DNA of 64,000 nucleotides, taken from positions 1,837,601-1,901,600 of the forward strand of contig MU059614.1 in the NCBI GenBank assembly GCA_013265495.1. The letters are read 5' to 3'. Position numbers and translations under genes: made by a program. Shown piece by piece: positions 34,601-47,849 of this stretch (the first letter of the stretch is position 1; every line of letters starts with the position of its first letter). The notes beneath the pieces are model-generated. The model worked only from the letters and a program-made list of their open reading frames with translations. It did no database searches and was not told the DNA's origin. The DNA is from Vicugna vicugna (Eukaryota).

Positions 34601-35900
34601 GCTCAGTAAAACCCTCAACACTCTTAAACCACGTGCTCCTGGGATGAAGATTAGGGTAAGCGGTGAAAGTAGTCCCCCTGTTTGCCCAGGAGTCAGAAAT
34701 GCAAACCTGCTGCTCCAGGAGCGGAGGGCCAGGGTGAGCGGGCACCCCTAGCACAGGGCACTGGAGCCCCCCCCAGCTCTGGCCTCTGACCACCCCACCC
34801 CGCGTGCTCTTGCTTTCTCACGCGGCAGCCTTGGCCAGGGCAGCAGCTGAGCCATGGAAGCCCAGGCAGTGCTCACAGAGTCCTTCTGGCCACTGGAACC
34901 CAAGTGCTCTGCATTCTACTTCCTTCTCCTCTGTGCTGTAACCACTAGCCTGATCCCCCAGCCTTGGTTTTCTCTCAACCAAAACTCTCTCAGCGTCATC
35001 GGTCTCCTTCTCACCTTAAAGAGCAACAGGACTCTCCATGGCCCAGGCCTGGGCGCCCAGCACTCACCTGCCGGTGCCCCAGGAGCAGGGCTCCCGGAAG
35101 GCAAGCGCTGCATGGGCTCAGGGCACGGAGCTCAACCCCCTGGACTGTTGGCTACCTGAAAATCTGGGCCCCTCCACCTCCCAGGGCCCTGCCAATCTTC
35201 TGCCCAGGGTGTGCACGGAGGAGTGGGGTGACCCAGAACTTTCTATTCTTCCCGCTCGAACAAGGAAGGCAGTGCATGCAGTCACCCAGCAGGGCCTCCT
35301 GTGTGCAGGCACTGGGAATGCCGAGGGAGACACGGCCTCCACATTTGAAGGCCCACCACTGCCCGAGGAGGCCACACGTGCACACGGACAAGCCTCATCT
35401 TTTATAAGCACTGGCTGATGGAGCTGCAAGACTCACAGGGGAGGGTGTCCAGAGGATGGAGGGGCTGCTCCAGGCTGAGGGCAGAATGGGAGGGGAGGCA
35501 CAGGGTGAGACGCAGCAGGGATGACAGGCAGCTCAGGGCTGAAGGACACAGGGCGGTGGTGGTGAAGCCGGGGGGCTGGGAAGGGGCCCCGGGCCAGCTA
35601 ACGTGACCCTCGGGTGATGGGACTTGAGGCAGGAAGGAGGCTGCGCCCCTCAAGGCCAAGCAATGGAAGGCTGGGCTGCGGTGAGAATGGAAGGGGAGAC
35701 GTGGCAGTGCCAGCAGAGGAGGCCCTGGGGGGCGAGCAGGGATGAAGAAAGGTGGAGGGTGAGGCTGGCGTGAGTGGAGAAAGGGACTCAGACAAGGAGA
35801 CACACAAGGCAGAAAGTGAGGGCAATGATGCCCAACTTGTGTCCAAGAGACCTAGTCCATGGACCCATGCCTCCTCCCAAGACTTGCAGAGCAAACTCAC

Positions 35901-36052
35901 CCGCTGATGATCTCCTTGGTTTCCGCTCGGATGAAGTGCTCCTTCTCGGGGGTCAGAATGCACAGGGAGAACTTCTGGCCTGTTCGGCCCTCCCCGTCCA
36001 CCACGTCCGTGCACTGGTTCATGTTGATGGTGCCCTGAGGGAGGGTCGTGGG
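35901..36052 (-). CDS. MPRIP: MPRIP exon 4 (PTTLPQGTINMNQCTDVVDGEGRTGQKFSLCILTPEKEHFIRAETKEIISG), PH1, 152 nt
   Basis: ccctgcag|CCCACG ... CAGCGG|gtgagt; starts in phase 0. Confidence 0.97.
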
Positions 36053-37169
36053 CTGCAGGGGGAAGACAGGGCAGGGAGTCACTCAGGGGCCAGCTCGAGG
36101 GCCCGAGGAAGGCAGCAGACTGTTCCTGCATCCCGAGGTCCTTTCTTACCCTCCTTGCTTCTCAACAGGCACCTGAATCTCTCACAGCTGTATGGGCCCC
36201 CTGTTACAGCAGAGGACAGCGTGTGCACTGCCCCACCCACCTCAAGGCCTACTTCCTCCTGAGCCGTCCCTGGGGGAAGAGGTGACAGGCCTGCTCTTCT
36301 CAGGGGACATCCAGCTGGACATCCCTTCCCCTTGGAGAGCCATCCTAGCTCTCCCTATGGGGGGGCAGGCAGGGGGCGCTCGAGGACAGCTGGGGTGACC
36401 TGACCGAGGTGGCCAGGAGCCTGTCTCAGGGCAGCTGTGCCGAGGGAGCAGTGGGGAAGGTTCCAGATGACGTGGTTTCACAAGAGCAAGGTTATTTTTA
36501 GAGGAAGGGGCCAGAGAGAAACACACACCCTTGAAGGCAGGCCGTCTGTGAGCAGGGCCACCAGGCTGCCTGGCTGCGGTTGGGACGAATGATAACCCTT
36601 TTTCCCTTTTCTAACAGCAAACACTATTGGACACTGATGTTAGTGATAGAAAACCAAAAACAAGAAAAGATGGTTTTAAGAAGTTCCTACTGAGGTGAAG
36701 AGTGAGGATCCTCCTAACTCACTTCCCCAAACATGAGGACGCCTCTAGGAAGGAAGCAGGTGGCCATGGCTGCCACCACCCCATGTGCCAAGATCCTGGC
36801 TGAGGGCTCTCAGGGGAAGGGAACTCAGCCCCAGCTCCCACCCGGCCTCACCTCACCTCTAGGGCAGCTGCTACGTTTGTTAAGCAGATAGCAGGTGACA
36901 CACGGGGCAGAGGCCTCCCCTGTCACGGGGCAGGAGGTGGAGGAGCTGGCTGGAAGGAGACATAGGGCCCAGAAACGGAGCCTTGTCTCCAGGTGCCCGG
37001 GGCCCTGCGTGGCGGCCACCACCCTGGGACCAGGACTGTAGCAACCAGCAGACGAGAGTTGAAAGGCAAGAGGTGGGGTGGGGTGGGGTGCTGCAGGGGA
37101 TTTCAGCTACACCACACATCCAGAGCAGGTAGACAGAGACAGAAGGCAGAGCGATGGCTATTGGAGGCA

Positions 37170-37315
37170 GCAGGGGGGTGGGGGATGGGAGAGGAGGTGA
37201 CAGTTAAGGAGGGCAGAGCTGCTTTGTTCCGAAACTAGACTGTGGTAATGACTATATACCAGCCTGTGAATACGCTAAAGGGCAGTGACTTGTACACTTA
37301 AAAATAAAATGAAAT
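37170..37315 (+). mobile_element. L1M 3' end fragment
   Basis: ctagactgtggtaatg...ctgtgaatacgctaaa...ttgtacacttaaaa. Confidence 0.6.
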
Positions 37316-38129
37316 ATCACACAAACACGGAAAATAACAAGGTGGGTGTAGGGGCCGGCAGCCCAGCCCCCGGGGAGGAGCACCCACTACCCACAGCCTC
37401 CACCTCAGACCCAGAAGCTGCCCGACATCCCTCCCCATCCTGAGGCCCAGAGCGGCAGGTGGATGGGAACCCAGTCGGCCAACTCCTAACCAGCCCCCAC
37501 ACGCTGCCTGTGCGGCAGAAGGAGTCAGGGACCAGGGCGGCTTGGGCCGGCGCCCCAAGGATGAACTCCCTTCCTGACAAGATGTGTGGGAAGGAGGGGG
37601 TCCGGCTGCCAGTGAAGACCCTGCTGAGCAGGCCCCCCAACCTGTCCCCAGGAGGCCCCCTTTCAAGACCTGGCCCCTGCCCCATCCGGGGCGGCATGGG
37701 CGTCCATGGACCCAGCACAGAGGGGCCCACAAGACACGGGATGGACCCACGTGAGGCAACAGCCTTGGAGCCATGGGGAGAAGAGGGACAGGGAGCCCAA
37801 CGCTGCACGAGTGCTCAGGGGAGGGGGGAGCGCTGCAGGCTTTGTCAACCAGCAAACTCCTTGCCTTCATGGGGCATTGGTAGAGTTGGCAAAACTTATT
37901 TTTTAAGGAAGAAGAAAACACAAGCACCCTTTCCACTTGCTGCCAAGGCCGGAAAGTTCCTTCTCACACCTGCAGGGCAGGACTGGCCCGCTGGCTCAGG
38001 CTCTGGCTGGGCAGCAAGCCATCAGCATCCTGTCAAGGGCCCCCCTGCTCCTCGGATGGGGTGGGTGCAGGGAAGAACCGCCCATCCCACCTAGCCAGCA
38101 GGACCACACCAGAGCCCAGCGCCCACCCT

Positions 38130-38650
38130 ACCATACACGAGGCCAATCACACTGGATCAAAGAGCTAAGGGCGAAAGCAAAACCTGCAAACCTCTCAGAG
38201 GAAGACCCAGGGCAACAGCTCTGTAACATTGGATTCACAGATATGACACCAAAAGCACAAACAAAAGAAAAAAATTAACTAGACTTCATTTAAACTATAA
38301 ACTTTTGTGTATCCAAGGACACTATCAAGAGGGTTAAAAAAAGCAACCCACAGAAGGGAAGAAAATATTTGCAAATCACATGTCTGATACAGGATTAATC
38401 TACAGAATACATAAAGAACTCTTACAACTCAAACAGCAAAAACAATTAATAAGTGGACTGAAGACTTGAATGGGCGTTTCTCCTAAAAAGTTATGCAAAT
38501 GGCTAGTAAGCACATGAAAAGATGCTCAACGTCATTAGTTATTTGGAAAATGCAAATTAAAACCACCAGATACCACTTTACACCTACCAGGATGGTCAAG
38601 TACTGAGATGTGGAAAAATGGGAACCCTCGTGCACTGCTGGTGTCAGAGA
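38130..38650 (+). mobile_element. L1 ORF2 3' fragment (decayed)
   Basis: gatatgacaccaaaagcaca, aaaatatttgcaaatca, aagatgctcaacgtcattag, atgcaaattaaaaccac. Confidence 0.9.
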
Positions 38651-39247
38651 ACACAGTGCTGACACCACAGAAAGCAGTCTGGGCAGGAGCAGCCCCCACA
38701 CGCCTGGGCCCCCTCTCCTACAGGCTGCCGACACCCCCCACCCAGGTGTGCTGACCTTGGGCACATACTTTGTACCAAAGAGCACCCAGCACAGGGGAGC
38801 CCTCTGACAGCACACGGCCGGCCCGCTCCAGGGCCAAGCAGCCTTACTTCCTCAGCTCCAGCCCTTGAAGTAAACCCACCTCCTTCCCCATCACTGAAAT
38901 CTGCCTTCAGAGTTTTGCCTTTCCTGGTTCCCACCCAGCACCCTTGCCCCTTCCCCTCCGGGCTCCTCTGCGTGCAGGCATGGTCTCCCTTGTATTGGCC
39001 TCTGCTCCTGGTGACTCTGGCAGTCTCTGGGAGCCAACCCGAAAGACTTCTGGAGGAAGTATGTCATCACCTGCCTGACTCACACCCAGTCCCATGGGCC
39101 TGCAGCCTCTGCCTAAACCCTAACTAGATCCACTTTACATGTATAATCACGTCTCCTGACACGTCAGTGACAGAGAAGAAGCCTTCAAGGCTTCCTGAAA
39201 GACCACGAAGTCACCTTGGAAGGCACCAGGCAAAAGTCTGAGTACAG

Positions 39248-39420
39248 GCAACAGACATTTACTGAGCACCTGCTTCGTGCCAGGGTCAGAGGTAAGAAGA
39301 GGACAGAGGGCCACCCTCACGAAGCTCATTTTATTCTTATGGTGATGAGGGGAAATAAAAAGAAAACAAAGAACGACCCCATTTCAGGCAGTGGTACCTG
39401 AGAGGAATACAAGGAAAGCG
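39248..39420 (-). mobile_element. L2 3' end fragment
   Basis: caacagacatttactgagcacctgcttcgtgccagg is the reverse complement of the L2 tail. Confidence 0.65.
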
Positions 39421-41714
39421 GGTATGGGGCTGGGAGGGCCGGGGCAGGTGAGCACGCACCGCGGCCCAGCAGAGGCCAAGAGGAAGAGGAAGTGAGCGCT
39501 GAGGCCACTGGACAGAGAAGGGCAGGGCCTGGCCTGGGGCAGGCCTGCTGTTAGAACTGGAAGGAAGGGGCCCGAGGTGGCCTGGAGGACAGGAAGGCCG
39601 AGGTGCACCCATGGAAGGAGCAGCCTGACCCCAGCCCACAGGAACACTCTGACCCCGACAAGGCACCAACTAAAGAACTAGATTTTTTTTCCCTGTGCTT
39701 GGCGCATATGCTAGCTTTCTCTGGCATTTCTATCCCTGCCTTCACAGAAAACAGACCCTTTTAGGCTAATGGCATATGTGACGCGACTCAGACGGGCAGG
39801 AGCAGTAGAGGCAGAGGCAGAGACAGGACGGAGGCCAGCAGCCATATGGAAGACAAGACCACTGGCTGCTTCAGGAGGAAAGCAAGCTGCCACCCTAAGC
39901 CTTTGCCACAGCCACCTCTGGGGCACAATTTCGTTGATACCCAAAGATCATGGCAGCTGGAGAGACACAACCCGAGGGCCATCCGAGTGTGAGAGCTGGA
40001 AAGGCGTTGGAGACAGCGCTGCCTCTCTGGGGCAGGGGTGCGGCAGGAAAGGGGTGCAGGAGGACGGACATCCAGAAGGGATGTGAACTCAGCTCTTTCT
40101 CAGACGCAAAGGAGACGGAGCCAGTGTCTGTGTCCACAGCCTTCACCTCTCAACAGAAAGTTTCCTTCTGGCAAAGACTTACGTCCACCAGAGTGGGAGG
40201 GCCCGAGACAGCAGGTCTGCAGTGGGCAAGGAGGCAGAGCCCGAGGGCACACAGCAGCTGGGCGGCACCCAAGGTGCTCCGGGGGGCTTCCCGGAGCCAA
40301 GGGAGGAAGGGCCCGGCAAGGCGGGGGCAGGAAGGCTGGTGCTGGCACCACCACCAGGAGTGCCCTGGTCCCCCTGGGTGGGGAGGGCAGGACGCCGCAG
40401 CTGGCACACGCCAGCAGGCTCTGTCCTTCCCTCCCCCTCAGCTGCTCAGAAACGCTGCACCGAGCAGCCTGGCCGCAGCCCGAGGCGGCCATCTTCCTCC
40501 AGGAAAGGGTGTTCTGGGACTGGGGCTCATCCAGATCAGGTCTCGGTTCACAGGAGCAACAAGCAGTGGGGACAAGGGTCCCAGGTGAGTCCCATGGGCA
40601 CCCACTGAAGGAACCTGGGCTGCTAATCACAGGCTCAGAGGATGAGAGCTGACTGAGGAGGGGCTGGAGTCAGCACACACACCCTGGACGCCAGGCCCTG
40701 GGGACACAGCACCCACCACGGTGAGATCAGCGCTGAAATAAATGTGTGGATGCAGCCTGTGGAGAGCCTGGAGCAAGGCGGCAGGAACGGAGAAGTCAAG
40801 TCTTAAAGGCTTCTCGTGGCACTGGGGTCAGGCTTGTCTGGCGAGGTCCTCATGGGAGGAGCCAGGCTCAGAGGGCAGAGCTGCAGAGACAGAGTACAGC
40901 TGGCGATGAAGAAGCACAGGTACTGAGAGTCTTTCGATAAATGAACATTTTGTCCCCATAAATCTGAGGCGTGCAGCACCATCTCCACCGTAGATACAAG
41001 AAAATCACTCACAAAAGCAAAGCACTGCTCCCGACAGCAGCCACCTGGCTAGCAGACACCCAAGCACGGAATAAAGCTGACAAACACCTCCGACCTCACA
41101 ACGCTGACCGTGCAGCCTAGAGCTGGACCAGAACAGCACACGAGGTCTGCAACATGGGTGGGAGGACCCTGGTGATGCGCACAGCAGGGAGGTCAGAGGA
41201 CAGCAGGTGGCGGGAAGGTGCCAGTCCTCCAACCGCCGATGGACGAGTGACCGTCAATCCTGTTTTGGTCCTGCTGCCTTGGTTTAATCAAAGAGTCTAA
41301 AGAGAATCTTGTAGGTAAAGGTCGACTGGTCCCGAGAAGGATGCTTGTTTAAGCCTCAGCAGTCACTTGCCAGCACAACCTCTGACCTGCAGCCACCACC
41401 AGACCTCCCACCTCCCCCCACAGAGGCAGAAAATAAGGCCCCCGGACACCAGGTCACAGTGGGGGTCTCCCCAGGGCTGCAGGGAGGGGAGCAAAGCCCC
41501 TGGTGAGGTTCCGACTGTGACCTGAACCCACTCGCCTTCTGGCTTCGCTCCCGGGATCCCAGCCCCCCGTCCATGCTGGAAGCCAACCCGGGCTTCCTGG
41601 TCCAAAGTCGGGTCCTCCCTTACTGCAAGGACAATTCCAGCAGCACCTCATCTCCCAGCCCTTCCCGGCTGCCTGGCCTGGAGAACTTCCACTTTCTCCT
41701 ACTTTCTTTGGTGC

Positions 41715-43000
41715 AACTTCTTCCTATTTTTAAAATAAACATTTAATTTCAGGATACACCTGTATTTGCAGAAGGTTGTGAAGACAGCAGGGAGTCCCCC
41801 CGTGCCCCGGACTCCACCTCCCCTGCTGCTGACACCTTACGTCAGGGAGGGGGCGCGCTGACTGTCGTTGAGAAAACAAACTGATCTGTGATGATTCACT
41901 GAAGTCCACCCTGTGCCCAGATTCCCTGGCCTCCCTCACGTCCCTTTTGTGTCCCGGGATCCCACGTCACCTCAGGTCCTCTCACTGTGACAGTTTCTCA
42001 GACGCGCCTTACTCTCACACACTGCGTAGAACACTTGGGCGTGTCTGGTGTTTCTCTCCTGGTTACACTGGGCTCCGGGTTTTGGGAGGAAGTGCCGTCT
42101 CCACACGACGTTTCCAGTTACGCTGATCTTGAGCACCTGGCTGAGGCGGTGTTCGTCAGGCCTCTGCCTCTCAAGTCACTGCTGTCCCCTGCGCACACCG
42201 TCCCCTTTGAAGGACGTCGCTTGTGGGGCCCACACACGAGGAGTGGGAATCAGCGCCGCCCAGATTCCTCGGAGCCCTCTGCGCTGGGGATTTTGTGTCT
42301 TCTCCCTTCTTATTTGTGTCTTTAGTCCCCCTTTCCTTACGTCAGCATGGACTCACACGGACAAGGGCTGATTTCACAGTTCGAGTTACCACCCGTACAA
42401 CACTGTATTCTGTTCCGGCTGTGACCACTGAGGGCACGCTCACAGCCCGCGGCTCCTGAACACACCCCACCGGGTGTGCACCTGCGCGTCCTCAGAGCAC
42501 TTCCTCTCAACCGGCACCATGAGGCACCCCAGGCTCAGCCTGTAACTCCTGCCCTGGTCCTACAATCAGCCATTTCTCCAAGGAGCCCAGGTCCCTTTCA
42601 CTGGAGAAGAGAATTAGAACTCAGCACCTAGGTGCTAGGTATGCCCGCTGCTAGTGGGGCATTGCTGCATCTGGGCGCTCTCAGTGGACAGAACAAGGAA
42701 CATACACATCCCACACCCACCCACCCATTACTTTCCTACCTATCCATCTTACCTCTCTCCCTCCTTGTTGTGTCTCCATTAAACACGCTGGTACTCTCAA
42801 CTCTAACCCAGTACCACAAAGATCATTCTACTCTCTCTCCTTGCTCGCCTGTAACCTCCCACCCCAACAGTGGCCTCGCCACCCACCACCCGTTTGCTGT
42901 GCTGTCTGATCCCAGGACACATGCACAGGGTCCAGAACTGTCCATCAGCGCCTCATGGGACAGAACTTCAGCAACCAGTGCACGGTGCCTCCACACCGCC
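41715..43000 (-). mobile_element. L1MC-type 3' UTR fragment
   Basis: cacagtttctcagac, atcttgagcacctggctgagg, ctaggtgctaggtatg and ctctaacccagtaccaca..gatcattcta match the reversed L1MC 3' region. Confidence 0.75.
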
Positions 43001-43410
43001 CCTTCTGCCTTTGGTTGTGCAGACTGCACTCACTTCCAAGGGTTCACACGTCCTTCCAAGCCACTGCCTGGGCTCTCTACAGAGAACTCCCAGAGAAGAG
43101 CCTGTCACAGCTCCCTGAAAACCCAAGAGCCCAGTGGGTAGACATTAGTTCAACATTTGGTACCTTCAGCATGAGTTTCCCGCCCCTCTCTTCCAGGGAA
43201 CGTGGGATAAGGAGGAAAATGGAGGGAGGAGAGGACACAGAGAAGGGGAAGACAACGGGCCAGAGGCACCTCCTGGCAGAAGCTGCTCTTCCAGCCTTGG
43301 TGGAGCCATCTCTCTGGAGGCCAGGGCGGTAGGGGGGAGCTGCTCTGAGGAGGCGGAGGCTGGAGGCTGGAGGCTGGCGTGCAGGAGCAGGCAGGCTGGA
43401 GTGGCGGTGG

Positions 43411-43420
43411 CCTTATATGG
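43411..43420. promoter_or_regulatory. CArG box CCTTATATGG (SRF site)
   Basis: Exact CC(A/T)6GG match; function not shown. Confidence 0.5.
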
Positions 43421-46400
43421 AGATTCCCACGGCCGGCTGCCGGTCTTCAGCCTGCCACCCCTGAGCCTGGGCCGAGCCTGGGCCGGCAGGAGGGAGCGCT
43501 GTTGTCCCAGACGGTTTAACTGCTTTCTGACCAAAGGCCACCAGGTGGGTCGAGAGAAAACAAGCTGCTGTTTGCTACGGCCAGACGGAAAGCAGCGTGG
43601 CTCTTGGGGCTGCAACACTGAGCAAGCCCCACCTGCAGCCCTCCTGCTCACCCCCAACACGGGGCCTAAAGCAGCAGGGCCAGACCCCGCCAGAAAGGCT
43701 ACAAAGAAGGCGAGGGATCTTCAACCGCAAGGTTCCAGAGCTTAAAGCAAATGTTCTCAACTGCTGAACAAGAGTCACCTGGGAAGGTTTCTGAATAGAC
43801 GCTCCCAGAGGGAGATGGAGACGTGCATGTCCTGGGCTGGGCTGGGGCCCAACCAGAATTGTTCAGAAGTCCCCTCTAATGTCCAGCCAGGGTGCAGAAT
43901 GACCGCTGAGAAGGGAGGCCCAGCCCTGCCAGCTGTCCGTCTGTCCCAGACTGCCTTCCAGCTGCACTAAGTCACTGGCAGCTCCTGGCTGGGCCGCAGG
44001 GGACCCGATGAAAGCAGCGATCGAGGGCAGAGCAGACGGAACACAGCTGTTCAGAACTTGCTGGCAGCAGGGGGATGGGGGTGCGAGGGGGTGCCCAGGG
44101 AGTGGGCACCGCTGGAGGTGTGATGCAGTAAGACGCCCCGACACACAGGGCTGGGATCAGCACCCGCAAAAGGCCCTGCCAGCCACGTTCAGAAAGAAAG
44201 TGAAACCTTGGGCAGCCTGAGGGGAAAGAGGGGAGAGGCGGCGGGCCTCTCTGCTCCAGTGACACTGTGAGACCCCTGGGAGACAGGAAAGGTGAGCACC
44301 ACGCCAGGCAACCATACCACCTACGTGAGCCACTGCCACACTTGCACGAGACAGAGGGAAGCCCCTGCCCCAGGCAACGCCCTGAGCAACCAGAGCTCAG
44401 GGAGAGACTCCTGCCTCCTCAGCGCCTGCCCTGAGTCGGGTGGCTTCTTCGGCTCCTGCTCAGTGGGAGCATCTGGCTGGAACACGGGAAGCCGTCACAG
44501 CCAGCACAGTGACGCTGAACCACAGAGCACACAGGTGGCATGCACACACTCCTGTCAGCCATGTGGCTGAGCCCTGAAGCCTATCACAGCGCTTGGCTTA
44601 GCAGGACCCACACAAGCTGAAAGCCCAAAGGACTCCAAACAGGAGAAACTCTCAGATTCACTACAAGAATCCAAACAATCCAGAGAGAAAGAAACTCGAA
44701 CCTGGGCTCGTGACTAATCAGGACTCACTGGACTCCCCAGGCTGTCCAGGTTTTGGAACACAGGGAGAGCAGTGGGTAATGACCCTGTGCACCGAGCCCA
44801 CCTGGATACAGGCCACAGCCCTCCAGCCCTGCCCTTGGCCCACAGGGACACCAGATTCCAGAGAAACTCGGGTGCCCAGGCTCAAGGACAGAGGGAGTCT
44901 GCACTGTGGTCAGACCCGGGTGTCCACCTGCAACAACACTGCCAGGCCCGGGGGCACCTGCTGGGCCCCGAGCTCCTGCTGCGCATTCCCAGAGGGAAAC
45001 CGGCCTGGGAGACCCCGAAACCTCTCTTGGGGCGGCCTCATGCTCAAATGCCATGGAGTCAGGAGCCACCTGAACAGGGCCCAGCCTGTCTGGGCTCCTC
45101 CCCACTCCTGTCCTAGGCAGGCTTCTAGGCTCCTTCCTGAGGACCCTTGGGGTTTGTCTCTGGAAGGAGCTGGAGCCTCCTGGTACAAGGCCAGGACCCT
45201 GCTCTTCTCAGACCCAAGTCCTTCTCCTGGATTCACAGAGAAACCCCCAAGCACCAGCGCCCTCCCTCTTGGGGTAGAGCGCCTGCAGAAGGTCAAATCT
45301 GACCCCCCTGGTTAAACTTCCAAACAGCAGGGGCAGGAGGGGGGCAGAACCAAACGCCTGGAAGACATGAAGCCTCCCGAGTGGAGGGACTTGACGTCAC
45401 GGCTCTCTTCAGCTCCTTCCCTGCTTCCAGAGGCTCCCCGCCCCAGGAGGAGGGCTTGTGAGGACCGGGACCCTCTGCAAGCATCCTGGGCAGGCCCGCA
45501 TCTGGGAGGCTCTCCCTTGTCTCTTTCCTACTGCAAATTCCCAACTGACTTCTCAGAAATCTGCACCTCCTGGAGACCGACAGGGGAGTTTTAAAGTCCA
45601 TCTTTATAAAGTGCCACTCCCCACACATTCTCCTGAGGTTGAGAAAGCAGACAGACTGCTCAGCCGTGGAGACCCCGCAGCAGTTTTTGTGCACGTCTGG
45701 GGTCCTCTCTTCCTGATGCTCCTAGACCCCGGTGAAGACCCAGCCTCTGAGAGAAACAGAGGCCTCAGCACAGGGCCTGACCCCCACCCTGTATCTCCAT
45801 GACTGGCCGGAGCACTGAGGCGCAGGGGAGGGGCGGCTGCAGACCAGCACCAGTCCTGGGTGGGCCTGGCTGGGCCCCTAGCACGGAGCTCAGCAGGGGT
45901 GGGAAGGGGCAACACTGGGGAGAGTGGTCTCCCGAGTGTTTCTGGCACCACCCTCAGGAAGCCACATTTCAGCTCTCCCGAGGGCACAGGCTTTCTCACT
46001 GCCGCAGCCCCATCCAGTCCTCGGGGCGAGGCTGCCCCTGCAAGCTGACCACAAAGGGACCCCCAACAAGCACAAGTCGCTGGGAAAGAGCCTCAGTGGG
46101 GAAGTCAGGCTCCTCTGGCTCCTCTGGCTGCTGAGCGGATAGTCCCGAGCACTGGAAGGGCTGGAGGAGACAGACGTCGGGAGGTGCTGTGCCTCCCAAA
46201 CCAGGTGCCGGCTCCGCGGGTACGCACAACTGCATCAAGCTGTGGTGGGTGCACTTCTCTGTCATGTACGGTTTACTCCAGTAATTAAAAGCCCCCTTTG
46301 GGGCGGAAGATGCCCTATGCAAGGCTGGACTTATCCTTCTAGAGGTAAAAAACTGAAGTGCGCTGGAGATGCCTGCCCAGGTCACAGAGCATTCCCTTCC

Positions 46401-47317
46401 ACTGCCGCGTGGTTCCCAGAAGAATGGACCCTAGGCTGAAAGCATCTCCCCTGATAGGACTTCAGACGGTCAGAAACAGCCTCTCCTGTGCCAAGGCCTC
46501 CAATGAACCACCACCTCCAATTAACAGACAGGCTGTCTGCCTAAGCCCATGCTGGGTGGGCCTCTTCTCTGCACCTCATTCCCAGAGGGCCAGAGCAGTC
46601 CTGACCCAGTCAGGGCAGCACGGGGGAGGGGTGTCCCCACTCAGTTTCAGACAGAGACGCAGGAGGCGGCTGGCCAGGAAGGGGCGAGAGGGCATCACCC
46701 AGCATCATCCAGGGCAGTTAACCCTGCGCGGTGGACGGAGGTGGCTCTCCCTACCACCAGCAGGAAACAGAGCCCACCTCGTGGTGCTGAGTGAGCTCAG
46801 TGACCACCAGAGGATGAACAGCAAGTCTGTTTCTCGGCTTCTGCAAAGGCTCACGTAACCCTCAAGCGGGAAACCATGACAGGAGAGCGAATACAGGAGA
46901 AAGCACCAGAACCCACAGTAGGAACTCAGGACCGCGCCACAGACGTGCTCAAAAGCAGCAAGGCCCCTCTCAGCTCCACCACATGTCAACCACTCCCCAA
47001 AACAGTAAGAGCCCCCACAGAGCAAGCTTCTCGAGGAAGAAAGCCTTACTGAGTGGCCCAGAGTGGTGCCCCAGGGGGTCTCAGGGCAATCACAGAGCAG
47101 AGCGTCAGAACAGGGCTGGGGGAAGGTGGGAGGTGAGCTCGGAGGGCCGGCGCTTCCTGGAGTGAGCTGGCTAGCCCTGCACCTGCCTGCCCACCACGCC
47201 CCACGGGTGATCCCAGGAGAGAGACTTGGGAAGACGCGGCTGCAGGAAAACAATCGGGTCTCTGTCCCTGTGATCAAGGACGGGTACTTCACCAGCACCC
47301 AGGGGAGGAAGGTGACG

Positions 47318-47367
47318 GGGACAAAGGAAGGATGGAGAAACGGGACAAAGGAAGGATGGAGAAACGG
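47318..47367. repeat. Perfect 24-bp tandem duplication (gggacaaaggaaggatggagaaac x2)
   Basis: Two identical adjacent copies read directly. Confidence 0.95.
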
Positions 47368-47654
47368 CTCCCACCCAGGCCCGCCTACAGCCTTGGGCTG
47401 TTTAGCCGGAAGGAAGGACAGAAGCACGGCCGCCCAGTGATGGGGACAGCTTGTGTGTCTTTCATGGTATATCCCGTCCACCTGGACTCGGCCGTCAGTC
47501 TCTAACAGGAAGAGAAACAAATTCTGGTAACCCACGTGGCCAAAGGCTCGGGGCACGGACCCACAGCTACATGCCGAGCAGGCGGGCGGTACGTCCACCA
47601 CGTGACCTGGGGATCAAGGGCCCGTGCCAGTCATTCCCACAGCCACGAGGCAGC

Positions 47655-47790
47655 CAGGCCTTGGGCAAGTGACCTAAGCGTCCAAGCCTCAGGTTTTCCC
47701 ATCTGCAAAACGGCTTCATAAATGAGCCTCACTTAAGAGCAGCGTCCAGCACACAGCGGGTGCTGTAAAGGTTATTTAGTAAACAAATAA
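47655..47790 (+). mobile_element. MIR SINE fragment
   Basis: ttgggcaagtgacctaag...gcctcaggttttcccatctgcaaaa. Confidence 0.7.
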
Positions 47791-47849
47791 CACGTTCTTC
47801 ATTATCATCCTAGCTTTGTTCATGAGAACCCACATTCAGACCAAATTCC

